A stretch of 60,147 nt of DNA, counting the filler. It is 5 parts of 5 records of this genome, joined end to end, with 100 filler letters (N's around TTAATTAATTAA, not from the genome) between each part and the next. Parts side by side here need not be neighbours in the genome. Positions count along the whole stretch, not along the records: positions 45,316 to 60,147 come from DRR723986_9047; 4 more parts are not named here. One strand, written 5' to 3'. Position 1 is the first letter of the stretch. Every line of letters starts with the position of its first letter. A program made the translations under genes and the position numbers. Of this stretch, positions 50,608-60,147 are shown piece by piece. Under the pieces are notes generated by a model, which saw only the letters and a list, made by a program, of their open reading frames with translations, searched no databases and was not told where the DNA came from.

Positions 50608-51759
50608 ATGGCCGATCTTAGCAATGTCACCATTATTGGCGCGGGCCCAAGCGGCCTTTACGCGGGTATTTTGCTGCGCCGTCTTTTGCCACAGGCGCGC
50701 GTGCGCATATTCGAGCAAAACCCCAAAGGCGCCACATTTGGCTTTGGCGTGGTATTTTCTGACAAGGCGCTTAGCTTTCTTCAGGCTGATGACCCGGAAA
50801 CCTATGCGCTGATCGTGCCCCATATGGAAAAATGGCAAGATATGGCGCTGAACCTGCCCGCAGGCCAAGTGGTGCTAGATGGTATCGGCTTTACTGCCAT
50901 CGGGCGGCTGCACCTGATCGCGCTGCTGACAAAACGCGCGCTGGATCTGGGCGTGGAAATCGCATTCGATCATAAAATCGGCGATGTAGAGGCCCTAGAG
51001 GGCGATGTGATCATCGGCGCTGATGGGCTAAATTCGGTCGTCCGGCAGGCGATGGCGGCACAGTTTCGCCCGCATATGGCGCATTTCAACAATCATTTCG
51101 CATGGTTTGGCGCCAATCTGCCCTTTGATACGCTTAGCCAAACATTCATCGAAACCAGCCAGGGCCCGATGAACGCCCATCACTATCGCTATGCCCCGGG
51201 CAAAAGCACGTTCATCGTGGAATGCGGGCCCGAAACATTCGAAAACTTTGGCTTTGCCGATATGGATGAAGCCACCAGCGCGCGCCGCTGCTCGGCTGAA
51301 TTTGCCGATGTTTTGCAGGGCACACAACTGGTGGTAAACAAATCCACCTGGCGCCGGTTTCCGCGGCTTTGGTGCGAAAACTGGGTTGCGGGGCGCTATG
51401 TGTTGCTGGGCGATGCGGCGCATACGGCGCATTTTTCCATCGGTTCGGGCACGCGGCTGGCCTTTGAGGATGCCATCGCGCTGGTGCAGGCCTTGGCCGC
51501 GCATAAAGATCTGCCACAAGCGTTGGAAAGCTACCAGCAAACGCGCCCGCCCATTGCCCGCAAAATCGTGGATGCGGCCAATACATCGGCGCAGTGGTAT
51601 GATGGGTTTGGCCAGAAAATGGCGCTGGCGCCGCTGGATTTTGCCCATGATTACCTGATGCGCTCGGGCCGTATCTCGGATGAACGGCTGCAGAAAATCG
51701 CCCCGCAATTTGCCCAACGCTACATGCAGCACCGCGCAGCAGCGGCTGCGCCATCCTGA
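50608..51759 (+). CDS. FAD-dependent monooxygenase, aryl-CoA hydroxylase type (salicylyl-CoA/2-aminobenzoyl-CoA hydroxylase N-domain-like), 383 aa
   Basis: IGAGPSGL, ATFGFGVVFSD, GADGLNS, AHHYRY, STFIVEC, LGDAAHTAHFSIGSGTRLA. Confidence 0.85.
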   Translation: MADLSNVTIIGAGPSGLYAGILLRRLLPQARVRIFEQNPKGATFGFGVVFSDKALSFLQADDPETYALIVPHMEKWQDMALNLPAGQVVLDGIGFTAIGRLHLIALLTKRALDLGVEIAFDHKIGDVEALEGDVIIGADGLNSVVRQAMAAQFRPHMAHFNNHFAWFGANLPFDTLSQTFIETSQGPMNAHHYRYAPGKSTFIVECGPETFENFGFADMDEATSARRCSAEFADVLQGTQLVVNKSTWRRFPRLWCENWVAGRYVLLGDAAHTAHFSIGSGTRLAFEDAIALVQALAAHKDLPQALESYQQTRPPIARKIVDAANTSAQWYDGFGQKMALAPLDFAHDYLMRSGRISDERLQKIAPQFAQRYMQHRAAAAAPS

Positions 51760-51771
51760 AAGGCGCCCCAC

Positions 51772-53388
51772 ATGGCCACCCCCCACCCCACAGCCCTGCA
51801 CGACCCGGTGCCAGATACCGCCGCCCCCTGCACCGAGATCGGTTTCAACCGCGCAGCCCACGCCAATTGCGCCGATATTTTATGGCAAAACCTGGCCCGA
51901 AACCCCAATTCTATTGCGCTGACAGGGCCATTGGGCACATTTAGCTATGCGCAATTGGTGGGCTTGGCAGCCGCCTGGGGGCATGGGTTTTTATCGATGG
52001 GCCTGCCACGCGGCGCGCGTATTGCGTTTTGCCTTGATGACACGCCCAGCTTTGCCGCGGCCTTTTATGGCGCGGTGCGCGCGGGGTTTGTGCCGGTGCT
52101 TTTAAACACCCAAACACGCCCCGATCTGCTGAACTATTTCTTGCAAGACATGGGCGCCGAATTGGCCGTGGTGGATGCCAGCTTTTTGCCGCTGTTCAAC
52201 ACACAGGCCCGCGCCGGCACGCCCCTGCGCCGCATCATCGTGGCCAATGGCACCGGCCCAGATACCGACACCATGCTACTGGCCGCAGATCAGGTTTTGG
52301 CGGGCCAGCCCAGCACCCTGGATGCGGCACCAACCCAGCCAAATGATATGGCATTTTGGATGTATTCCTCGGGCTCGACAGGGCGGCCCAAGGGCATTGT
52401 GCACCTGCACCACGATCCCGCCTATATCCAGCACAGCTTTGGCGCCCATGTGCTGCGCTTGCGGGCAGATGATATCTGTTATTCCGTGCCCAAGGCCTAT
52501 TTCGCCTATGGCTTTGGCAATTCCTTGGTTTTTCCCTTTGCCGCCGGCGCCACGACCATAATGATGCCCGGCCGCCCAGACCCTGCCACCGTGCTTGGGG
52601 CCATCGAGGCCTACCGCCCAAGCGTGTTTTTCGGGCTGCCCACACTCTTTACCGCGCTTTGCGGTGCCCCCGATGTGGGCCTGCGCGATTTCTCGTCGAT
52701 CCGGCAAACCATGTCCGCGGCCGAGATCTTATCGGCCGAGGTTTACGCTGGCTGGAAAGCCCTGACAGGCCATGGCCCGACCGAGGGGCTAGGCTCGACC
52801 GAGGTGCTGCATGTTTATCTGTCCAACCGCCTGAACGATCATCGCCTGGGCGCGGCGGGTGCGCGCGTGCCGGGCTACGAGATACGGCTGCAAACCCCCG
52901 ATGGCGGCTTGGCCGGCCCGGGCCAAGAGGGGGTGATGTTGGTGCGCGGCCATTCCACCGCACCGCAGTATTGGAACCGCCCCGACAAAACCGCCGAAAC
53001 CATGCGCGACGACTGGATTTACACAGGCGATCGGTTTTTGGAAAAAGACGGCTATTATTACTTCCAAGGCCGCGCCGATGACCTGATCAAAATATCGGGC
53101 CAATGGGTGTGGCCGCTTGAGGTAGAGCGCTGCCTGAATGACCACCCCGATGTGCAGGAATGCGCGGTCTTGGCCCATCAATTGCCCGATCAACGCATGG
53201 CGTTGCGCGCTGTGATCTGCCTGAAAGCGGGCAGCGCGGGCGATGACCCCATGCGCGCGGCCCTGCGCGCCCATGTCAAACACCACCTCACCCCCTACAA
53301 AGCGCCCAGGATGATAGAGTTTTGGGCAGAGCTGCCCAAAACCGGCACCGGCAAAATCGACCGTCAGGCGCTGGCCCTGCCGCAATAG
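51772..53388 (+). CDS. Benzoate-CoA ligase family aryl-CoA ligase
   Basis: FWMYSSGSTGRPKG, FAYGFGNSL, SAAE.L, EGLGSTE, YTGDRF, GRADD, LPKTGTGK. Confidence 0.9.
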   Translation: MATPHPTALHDPVPDTAAPCTEIGFNRAAHANCADILWQNLARNPNSIALTGPLGTFSYAQLVGLAAAWGHGFLSMGLPRGARIAFCLDDTPSFAAAFYGAVRAGFVPVLLNTQTRPDLLNYFLQDMGAELAVVDASFLPLFNTQARAGTPLRRIIVANGTGPDTDTMLLAADQVLAGQPSTLDAAPTQPNDMAFWMYSSGSTGRPKGIVHLHHDPAYIQHSFGAHVLRLRADDICYSVPKAYFAYGFGNSLVFPFAAGATTIMMPGRPDPATVLGAIEAYRPSVFFGLPTLFTALCGAPDVGLRDFSSIRQTMSAAEILSAEVYAGWKALTGHGPTEGLGSTEVLHVYLSNRLNDHRLGAAGARVPGYEIRLQTPDGGLAGPGQEGVMLVRGHSTAPQYWNRPDKTAETMRDDWIYTGDRFLEKDGYYYFQGRADDLIKISGQWVWPLEVERCLNDHPDVQECAVLAHQLPDQRMALRAVICLKAGSAGDDPMRAALRAHVKHHLTPYKAPRMIEFWAELPKTGTGKIDRQALALPQ

Positions 53389-53417
53389 CTTGCAGGGCCA
53401 GGGGCGCGGTGGCTGTG

Positions 53418-55832
53418 CTATTCGGCGGCCACCGCATTGGCGGCCGCGGGCGGCTGCATATCTTGCCAGCCAAGCGCCCGGTCATAGCGCCAGCGCAATT
53501 GCCCGTCGTCATCCATGGCAATCAGGTGCAGCCAGCCGTTATCAAACAAGGCGCGCACCTGCGGATGGCGCTGCAAAATATCGCGCATCGCGTCGCGCGG
53601 GGCCTCGATCACCACGCTCAGGCGCAGCGGCTCGTGTTGCAGGCCCTGCCCGTCATGCACCGATTGCCAAGGCAGCCCAGGGCGCAGGGCGCCGCCATTG
53701 CCCTCGAGCACACCAATACCCCCCGCCACATTGTGCAACAGCTTGTTGCCACCGCCAAAAAGCTGCGGCGCCACAGCCGAGCCGTAATATTGCAAGCTGA
53801 TCCAGCTGGCCACCACCACCGGCGCGGTCATGATCAGCTCAAGCACCTTAAACCCCTCGTCAGAGCGCCAATCGTAGCTGTGCAAAAACGCCCGCCCGCC
53901 CAAATTGGCACCATCGGTGCGCCCCCGGGGGGCTGCCACAAAGGCATTGCAGCCCGCCAGGCCCCATTCGGGGCGCAGTTCGGCCCAATCGCTGGCGCGG
54001 CGCATCACATCGGCCCCGCCACTGGCGCGGGGCAGGCGCACGGCACGTTCGGCCCGGGCAAGCGCACCGGCGGCCTGCAGCCAGGCCTTGAGCTGCGCAA
54101 TGGGCTTTGCGGGCGCTTCGGGCGGCAGATCTTGGGTAAACAGGGTGACAGTATCGGTGGTGGTATCGTGCAGGGCAGGCACGAAAACCGTATCTACAGG
54201 AATGTTTAGCCCCCGCGCAGCCAGCCCTTGGCGCACGGCGCTGTCATTTAGCACACCAGCCAACAGGCGCGCGTTCACATCGCCCGCATAGCCGCCACAG
54301 GCGCCACAGTGCAAGCCGCTTTCATGGGGGTTATTGGTGACATTGGCGCCATGGCCTGCCAGCATGACAACCGGCGCAAAGCCCGCCGTCAACGACATTG
54401 CGCGCAGCACGGTTTCCGCCATCGCCACCCGTTGCGCCGTATCGACCGAGGCGCACAGCTGTGGCCGCGGCTGTGGGGCTGCGGGTGCTGCGGCACGCCC
54501 CAGCGCATCGCGCAGCAGCTTGCCCATATAGACAGGGCCCATCGCCTCGACAAAGGCAAACGAGGACACAGCCGCCAGTTTGAACCGCCCCCAGGCCCGC
54601 CGTGCCCGGGCCGCATAACGGCGCTGTAAATCCGCGGCCTCGGGCTCGGCCGCGTGGCTGTGCAGGCCCATCTGCAACAGCACCGGCCCGCGCGCCTCGA
54701 TCACATCGCTGCCCGCCGCCCGATGCGCTGCAGTCAGGCCGAAAAACCCCGCAAAGCCCAGGGTTTCAATGCGGCTGTCTTGCGCCTCGAGCGCACGGCG
54801 AAACACCTCGGAGCGCACATCGATGCAAAACGCCGCCTGCAGCGCTGGCCGGGTATCGCCAATAGGGGCTTTGGGCGTGGCCCCCTGCAGGGCCGCCGCC
54901 AGGTGGCGTTGGGCTGCGCGTTCGGCGGCCTCTTGCCAGATGGCATCGATATGATCATCGGTGTTGGGCTGCAGCGGCTGTGCGTGCTGCTCCACCACCT
55001 GCTGCCACAAAGACGCGATCTGGTCTTTGTAGCGCTCAAACAGCGCCTCGTCCCACAGCATGCGAATTGCCAGCAATTCGGCCACAGTGCTATCGCGCTG
55101 GCCCTGCAATTCAGCCTGCCACAGCAGATAGCGGGCATATTGGGCCCAGCCCCCCAAAGACATCAGCCAAGAGTGAAAGGCGCTGCCGGCCGCCTGGGTG
55201 GGCAGGCCCAGCGTTTCAGCCGCCCGGCCAATGGCGCGCCAGGGCGCCCGGCTGCTGGCCGCCACAAAGGCACCAAAGCCTGACAAGCCATGAATTTCCA
55301 CGCTCAAATCCCGCAAGGCAAATTCGCGCCATGCCACAAAGGCCCCACCGGCGCGGCTGGGTTGCCACAATGCCTGGCCCTGATCGAAATGGGCTGCGGC
55401 CCAATGGCCCACCCGCTCGGCAATGATGCCGGGCCAATCGATGCCAGAGACATCTGCCGCCAGATCCGCCACCGTGGGCAGGGCCTGTGGCTGGGGCGCG
55501 GGCCGCTCGAGCGCGGCCAGCAGCATGGCCATATCGGGGCGCGCGGGCCCTGCGGGATAGGCCTGCAGCGCGGCTTGCAGATCATCTGGCAATATCTGGC
55601 CCGCCGCCCATTTTTGCGCAAAATGCGCCCGCGCCGGCACGATGCGCCCCCCCGCCACACGCGCGATACGCGCCGCTGTTTGGGCCAGCGGTTCGCCCGA
55701 TTGGCCCAAAAACGGGTTCACAGCTACACTTGAGGTCAGCGGAAACAGCGGCGCAATGGCCCGCGCGGCCTTTTCGCCCTCGGCCACCAATTCCAACAGG
55801 GCGGCGGGATAGATTGCGTGTTGCATATACAT
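53418..55832 (-). CDS. dabA: DabA / YbcC (DUF2309) beta-carbonic-anhydrase-like subunit of the DAB inorganic carbon pump, 804 aa
   Basis: [82 protein letters not shown] before ATG 55832. Confidence 0.93.
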   Translation of the reverse strand: MYMQHAIYPAALLELVAEGEKAARAIAPLFPLTSSVAVNPFLGQSGEPLAQTAARIARVAGGRIVPARAHFAQKWAAGQILPDDLQAALQAYPAGPARPDMAMLLAALERPAPQPQALPTVADLAADVSGIDWPGIIAERVGHWAAAHFDQGQALWQPSRAGGAFVAWREFALRDLSVEIHGLSGFGAFVAASSRAPWRAIGRAAETLGLPTQAAGSAFHSWLMSLGGWAQYARYLLWQAELQGQRDSTVAELLAIRMLWDEALFERYKDQIASLWQQVVEQHAQPLQPNTDDHIDAIWQEAAERAAQRHLAAALQGATPKAPIGDTRPALQAAFCIDVRSEVFRRALEAQDSRIETLGFAGFFGLTAAHRAAGSDVIEARGPVLLQMGLHSHAAEPEAADLQRRYAARARRAWGRFKLAAVSSFAFVEAMGPVYMGKLLRDALGRAAAPAAPQPRPQLCASVDTAQRVAMAETVLRAMSLTAGFAPVVMLAGHGANVTNNPHESGLHCGACGGYAGDVNARLLAGVLNDSAVRQGLAARGLNIPVDTVFVPALHDTTTDTVTLFTQDLPPEAPAKPIAQLKAWLQAAGALARAERAVRLPRASGGADVMRRASDWAELRPEWGLAGCNAFVAAPRGRTDGANLGGRAFLHSYDWRSDEGFKVLELIMTAPVVVASWISLQYYGSAVAPQLFGGGNKLLHNVAGGIGVLEGNGGALRPGLPWQSVHDGQGLQHEPLRLSVVIEAPRDAMRDILQRHPQVRALFDNGWLHLIAMDDDGQLRWRYDRALGWQDMQPPAAANAVAAE

Positions 55833-55852
55833 CTGGTGTCGCTCCTTGGCGT

Positions 55853-57403
55853 TTACAGGGTGGGTTTTTGCCGCCAGCCGCCCAGCAGCCGGTCGAATAT
55901 GGCATTGGCATAAAGCCCGTTCGATAGATGCACCCGCAGCCCCATAGCCGCCGGGTGGCTGGCCCATAGCGGAAATGTGGCCTGCGCCAGCGCCACCGCG
56001 CCAAAGCTGACCAGCGCCAAGATCAGCAACACCCATTCCAGCGGCTCCGGTGTGGGGGGGGTGGGCAGGGTGCCCGCCGTCAGCAGATTGGCCAGTTTTT
56101 GCAGCGCCACATAGGCCACCGACGTGGCAACAGCATAAATCGCGGTGCGCTTGGTCAGGGCGGCGGGGGCGGTATCGGCAAAGCCCTGGGCCAAAATATA
56201 GGCCACCCCGAAAATCAAGATCACCCCCAGCGTCAGCGATTGGGGCGATTTGCCCTCGATGCCAACGCCCAGCGACACCAGCGCATAAATCACAATACCG
56301 GCCCCAAAGGCGCGCAGCACCTTGGCCAGCGAGGGCACCGCCACAGGCCCGGGCCGGGCGATGGCGGCGATATTGCGCACCGCCTCGCCCGCCGACAAAA
56401 ACGCATGCGCCTTATACAGCGAATGCGCCACGATATGCAGCAGCGCCAGCGGAAACAGCGCCAGCCCGCATTGCAGCATCATAAAGCCCATTTGCGCAAT
56501 CGTAGACCACGCAAGCGAGGTTTTCACCGCCGCCTGCGTCAGCATCACCAGCCCGCCAAACAGCGCCGTGAAACCACCCAGCATAACCAGCCCGGCCAAA
56601 ACGGCAGGCGCGGTCAGCATGACATCGGCAAAGCGGATCAACAAAAACCCGCCGGCGTTGATCACCCCGGCATGCAACAGCGCCGAAACCGGGGTGGGCG
56701 CCTCCATCACCTCGGTCAGCCAGCCATGCCCGGGAAATTGCGCCGAGGCCAAACCGGCCGCCAGCGCCAACAGCCCCGCCGCCACCAGCGTGGGCGTATC
56801 GGCACGCGCCTGCGCCAAAATGCTGGCAATATCGCTGGTTTCATAAGCGGCCACCAAAAACAGCACCGCCAGCGTCAGGGCCACCTCGCTGGCCCGCGCC
56901 AGCACCGCCTTTTTGCGCGCCGCACGCTGCGCTGTCACCCGCTGGGGGTAAAACAGCAACAAGCGGTGCAACGCCACGCTGGCAGCCCCCCAGGCCAACA
57001 GCAGCTGAAACAGGTTGCCCGCAATCACCAGCAGCAAAACCGCGGCCAGCGTGGCCAGCATCAGCGCGGTAAAGCGGGCATGGTGCGGCTCGCGGTCCAT
57101 GTAGGTGGCGCTGTAGCGCAACACCACCCAGCCGATAAAGCTGACCAGCACCAGCATCGTGACGCTGACAATATCCAGCCGCACCGACAGGCCCACGCCC
57201 GCCGCCCCCAGCAAGGCCGAGCTGCCCGCCCCATAAAGCGCCAGCACCAGCGCCGAAAGCAGGGCAATACCCAGCGCCGCCAAAGCGCCATATTCAGCGA
57301 TGCGCGGCAATCGCCCAGCCGCACGGGCATCGCCGCGGGCGGCAAAAGCCGCGATACTTAGCAGGAACAAAGGCGCCAAAAGTGGCAGCAAATGATAGCT
57401 CAT
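55853..57403 (-). CDS. dabB: DabB, NuoL/MrpA-like membrane subunit of the DAB pump, 516 aa
   Basis: [53 protein letters not shown]; directly upstream of dabA with AAGGAG SD. Confidence 0.9.
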   Translation of the reverse strand: MSYHLLPLLAPLFLLSIAAFAARGDARAAGRLPRIAEYGALAALGIALLSALVLALYGAGSSALLGAAGVGLSVRLDIVSVTMLVLVSFIGWVVLRYSATYMDREPHHARFTALMLATLAAVLLLVIAGNLFQLLLAWGAASVALHRLLLFYPQRVTAQRAARKKAVLARASEVALTLAVLFLVAAYETSDIASILAQARADTPTLVAAGLLALAAGLASAQFPGHGWLTEVMEAPTPVSALLHAGVINAGGFLLIRFADVMLTAPAVLAGLVMLGGFTALFGGLVMLTQAAVKTSLAWSTIAQMGFMMLQCGLALFPLALLHIVAHSLYKAHAFLSAGEAVRNIAAIARPGPVAVPSLAKVLRAFGAGIVIYALVSLGVGIEGKSPQSLTLGVILIFGVAYILAQGFADTAPAALTKRTAIYAVATSVAYVALQKLANLLTAGTLPTPPTPEPLEWVLLILALVSFGAVALAQATFPLWASHPAAMGLRVHLSNGLYANAIFDRLLGGWRQKPTL

Positions 57404-57496
57404 GGTCAGTCTCTCCTTGCCAGGCCCGCCAAGGCGGGTGGCGCAGGGATAGGCCAGCGCTTTGATTAATAAAAATACATTGTTTTTCATGTATCG

Positions 57497-57511
57497 TTCT
57501 AATAAATAGAA
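57497..57511. promoter_or_regulatory. LysR-type T-N11-A palindrome between dabB and lysR
   Basis: TTCTA-ATAAA-TAGAA in an AT-rich island, 3 nt before the lysR ATG. Confidence 0.6.
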
Positions 57512-57514
57512 TTT

Positions 57515-58408
57515 ATGCCCCTAAACTATCATCATCTGCGCTATTTCTGGGCCGTGGCCCATGACGGCAACCTTACCCGCACGGCCGAGCGGCTGAACCT
57601 GTCGCAATCGGCGCTTTCGGCCCAGATCAAGCAACTGGAACAGCGGCTGGGCCAACCCCTGTTTGAACGGCGCGGGCGCGCCCTGCACCTGACCGAGGTG
57701 GGGCGCATCACGCTGGATCATGCCGATACGATTTTTGCCACCGGCCAACAGCTGATTGCCACGTTGCAGCAAACCGGCCAAAGGCGGCAGGCGTTGCGCA
57801 TAGGGGCGCAGGCGACGCTGTCGCGCAACTTTCAGATCGGCTTTTTGCGCCCGGTTTTGGGGCGCGCCGATATCGAGGTTATTTTACGTTCGGGCAGCCC
57901 GGCTGAATTGCTCGATGGCTTGGCCACGCTTAACCTGGACGTGGCGCTGATGACCCGCGAGGCGGCCAGCGACGCCCTGACCCAATATATCACCCATCGT
58001 TTGGCCGAACAGCGCGTGGGCCTTGTGGGTATTCCCGAAAGGCTGGATGCAACCCAGCCCCTACAGGCGCTATTGGCCTGCCAGCCCGTGATTTTGCCCA
58101 CAGCCGAATCTGGCGTGCGCGCCGCCTTTGACGCGCTTACCGCGCGGCTGCAGCTACGCCCGCAGATCGTGGCCGAAGTGGATGATATGGCAATGATGCG
58201 TCTTTTGGCGCGCGAGGGCGTAGGCCTGGCCCTGGTGCCCCCCATCGTGGTGCGCGACGAGCTGGCCCAGGGCCTGCTGGTCGAGGCGCGCGAGCACCCG
58301 CAAATTTCGGAAACCTTCTATGCCGTCACCCTAGAGCGGCGCTTTCCCAACCCGCTGGTTGCCGAATTGATCGCCGCCATGGGCCAGCCCGGCACATCGC
58401 CAGGCTGA
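57515..58408 (+). CDS. LysR-family regulator (NhaR-like N-terminus), divergent from dabBA
   Basis: LNYHHLRYFWAVAHDGNLTRTAERLNLSQSALSAQIKQLE..LFER; VAEVDDMAMMRLLA. Confidence 0.92.
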   Translation: MPLNYHHLRYFWAVAHDGNLTRTAERLNLSQSALSAQIKQLEQRLGQPLFERRGRALHLTEVGRITLDHADTIFATGQQLIATLQQTGQRRQALRIGAQATLSRNFQIGFLRPVLGRADIEVILRSGSPAELLDGLATLNLDVALMTREAASDALTQYITHRLAEQRVGLVGIPERLDATQPLQALLACQPVILPTAESGVRAAFDALTARLQLRPQIVAEVDDMAMMRLLAREGVGLALVPPIVVRDELAQGLLVEAREHPQISETFYAVTLERRFPNPLVAELIAAMGQPGTSPG

Positions 58409-58473
58409 GCGCGCATTCAGGGCTTTACCCGCGCCCCGCCACGCAGGATAAAAGCCACAAACGCGGAGGCACC

Positions 58474-59079
58474 ATGCACGGATTATTCTTTGAAATGCAG
58501 CCCAAAGACGGGCATCTGCCGCAGTATTTTGCCCATGTCGAGCGGCTGCGCCCGATTTTGGCGCAGCACAAGGGCCTGGCCTATCTGGAACGCTTTGGCG
58601 CGGTGGCAAACCCCGATCAAATATTGTCACATCAGCTGTGGCAGACCGAGGCCGATATTCTGGCATGGCGCCAAGATGCGCAGCACCGGCGCTCGCAATA
58701 TGCAGGGATCAGCACGCATTTTGCCGATTACCGTATTCGGGTGGGCGAAAGGGTGGCGCATTGGCAGCAGGGCCAAACGGTGCACAGCAGCCTGCCCCAG
58801 CCCGATGCGCGGCTGCTGTTGGCCATTTACGGGCCTGCGCCGTGCACATCAGCGCCCTATCACGCCTATGAAAGCTTTACCAACAGGGGCCATTTTCTAT
58901 CGCTGGCCAGCTTTGATGCGCCCGGCGTGGCCCATGCCGCAATGATTGCGCAGGCAGGCCAAGGCGCCACGCAGGCCAGCATATTCGCCATTGCCCGCGA
59001 TTATGGCCAGTTTGACAGGGCCGAAGCCCCCACAACCACAGCCCAAAGCCCTGCACCCTTGCCCGCGCCGCGCCCCTAA
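58474..59079 (+). CDS. Antibiotic biosynthesis monooxygenase (ABM)-family protein
   Basis: FEMQP..YF..L.P.L...G...ERF, W..E..I.AWR...HRRSQ..G..F.DYRIRVG, terminal RDYGQFDRAEAP. Confidence 0.75.
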   Translation: MHGLFFEMQPKDGHLPQYFAHVERLRPILAQHKGLAYLERFGAVANPDQILSHQLWQTEADILAWRQDAQHRRSQYAGISTHFADYRIRVGERVAHWQQGQTVHSSLPQPDARLLLAIYGPAPCTSAPYHAYESFTNRGHFLSLASFDAPGVAHAAMIAQAGQGATQASIFAIARDYGQFDRAEAPTTTAQSPAPLPAPRP

Positions 59080-60147
59080 TCAGGCGGGCACAGGCGTGCC
59101 AAAATAGGTGCAAGATCACCCTGCGCCATGGCGCCCGCCGTGGCGCCCCGCTGGCCCAAAAGACGGGTTGCAATAAATGCATCTGTCACGGCCTGCGGGG
59201 CCACCTCGATCAGCATGGCGCCTGCCAATAGCTGCGCCAAACTTTCCACAAACCACCGCGCCTCGGCCTGTGCGGGCAGCGTGGGCCAGCGCGCTTGGTG
59301 GGCGCTGTAGGCGCGGGCAAAACCCGCATCATGCCCACAGGCCCGCTGCAGGCGCTGATGCAGCACATGCCCGGCCAAGGGCGCACGCGACAGGCTGCGC
59401 AAGATATCAAGGCAGATGATATTGCCCGACCCCTCCCAGATGGAATTCAGCGGCGCCTCGCGATAAAGCATGGGCATGGGCGTTTCTTCGATATAGCCCA
59501 TGCCGCCCAGACACTCCATCGCCTCGTAAATCACGCCGGGCGCGCGTTTGTTGGACAGGTATTTCGCCAAGGCCACAGCGATGCGGGCAAAGGCGCGATC
59601 TTCGGCTGTGGTGCCGTCAAAGGCACGGGCACAGCCAAAGCCCAACGCCGTTGCCGCCTCGAGATCCAGCGCAAGATCGGCCAGAACCGCGCGCATCAAT
59701 GGCTGGTCGATCAAGCGGCGCTGAAAGCTGCGCCGCCCCTCGGCCCACCATAGCGCCTCGGCCAGCGCTGCGCGCATCAAGCCCGCCGGCGCCAGCGCTG
59801 TATCCAGCCGGGTGTGATGCACCATCTCGATGATGGTTTTCACCCCCTGCCCCTCGTCGCCCAAACGCTGCGCCACCGCCCCGTGATATTCGATTTCAGA
59901 CGAGGCATTGGCATGATTGCCCAGCTTGTCTTTCAACCGCATCAGATGAATGGCGTTGCGCTGCCCCTCCAGCCAGCGCGGCACCAAAAAGCAGGTTAGC
60001 CCCTCGGGGGTGTGTGCCAGCGTTAAAAACCCATCCGACATCGGGGCCGAACAAAACCATTTATGGCCAAAAAGGCGGTAAATATCCCCATCCCGTTCGG
60101 CGCGGGTGGTGTTGGCGCGCACATCCGAGCCGCCCTGTTTTTCGGTC
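59076..60147 (-). CDS. Acyl-CoA dehydrogenase, AidB-like (5'-truncated)
   Basis: TEKQGGSDVRANTT, GHKWFCSAPMSD, LKDKLGN..NASSEIE, EAMECLGG.GY, PLNSIWEGSGN. Confidence 0.88.
   Translation of the reverse strand, partial: TEKQGGSDVRANTTRAERDGDIYRLFGHKWFCSAPMSDGFLTLAHTPEGLTCFLVPRWLEGQRNAIHLMRLKDKLGNHANASSEIEYHGAVAQRLGDEGQGVKTIIEMVHHTRLDTALAPAGLMRAALAEALWWAEGRRSFQRRLIDQPLMRAVLADLALDLEAATALGFGCARAFDGTTAEDRAFARIAVALAKYLSNKRAPGVIYEAMECLGGMGYIEETPMPMLYREAPLNSIWEGSGNIICLDILRSLSRAPLAGHVLHQRLQRACGHDAGFARAYSAHQARWPTLPAQAEARWFVESLAQLLAGAMLIEVAPQAVTDAFIATRLLGQRGATAGAMAQGDLAPILARLCPPD

Noticed and set aside
55853-57403. Respiratory complex I nuoL or Mrp antiporter
   Set aside because: No other nuo or mrp genes; direct pairing with a DUF2309 gene indicates DabB.
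45316-60147. Long alternative-frame ORFs (e.g. 48389-49201, 53322-54209, 56099-57361)
   Set aside because: They overlap well-supported genes on the opposite strand and are expected in GC-rich DNA.

Overview
This window is not one locus. It is five unrelated bacterial contigs joined by 100-nt artificial linkers (N44-TTAATTAATTAA-N44 at 12274-12373, 22927-23026, 37588-37687, 45216-45315). Contig 1 (1-12273, FCB-group-like) is the accessory-rich part. It holds a >1000-codon minus-strand gene missing from the ORF track (3003 to <1) encoding a signal-peptide-bearing fibre with ~40 Gly-Gly-x-x-Asn 15-residue repeats and a C-terminal Peptidase S74 autocleaving chaperone. It also holds a divergent uncharacterised helical/TPR-like gene, a DinB-family gene and a 1720-aa type IX secretion cargo with internally duplicated modules. 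Contig 2 (12374-22926, Marinobacter-like) is housekeeping: rpoD'-dnaG-rpsU, tsaD, plsY, folB, folK, pgi, panC, panB, folK, pcnB', with no panD. Contig 3 (23027-37587, marine gammaproteobacterium) carries tyrS, an M23 peptidase, anmK, ompW (FNR/Anr box), erpA (IscR box), argC, a CLC transporter, hemJ-hemL-hemB, an outer-membrane barrel, a TIMP-like protein, a Nudix hydrolase, an aminotransferase and dksA'. Contig 4 (37688-45215, Rhodobacteraceae-like) carries DUF721', mutY, alkB, a class III cyclase, ccrM, rnhB and a small exported protein paired with a membrane-anchored wHTH regulator. Contig 5 (45316-60147, GC-rich alphaproteobacterium) carries an IclR/ABC-transporter/aryl-CoA ligase/flavin hydroxylase cluster, a LysR-flanked dabBA inorganic-carbon pump, an ABM protein and AidB-like acyl-CoA dehydrogenase'. 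The best novelty candidates are the contig-1 fibre locus, the LysR-DabBA unit, the aryl-CoA cluster and the contig-4 membrane regulator module. All family calls come from motif recognition by eye, not database searches.
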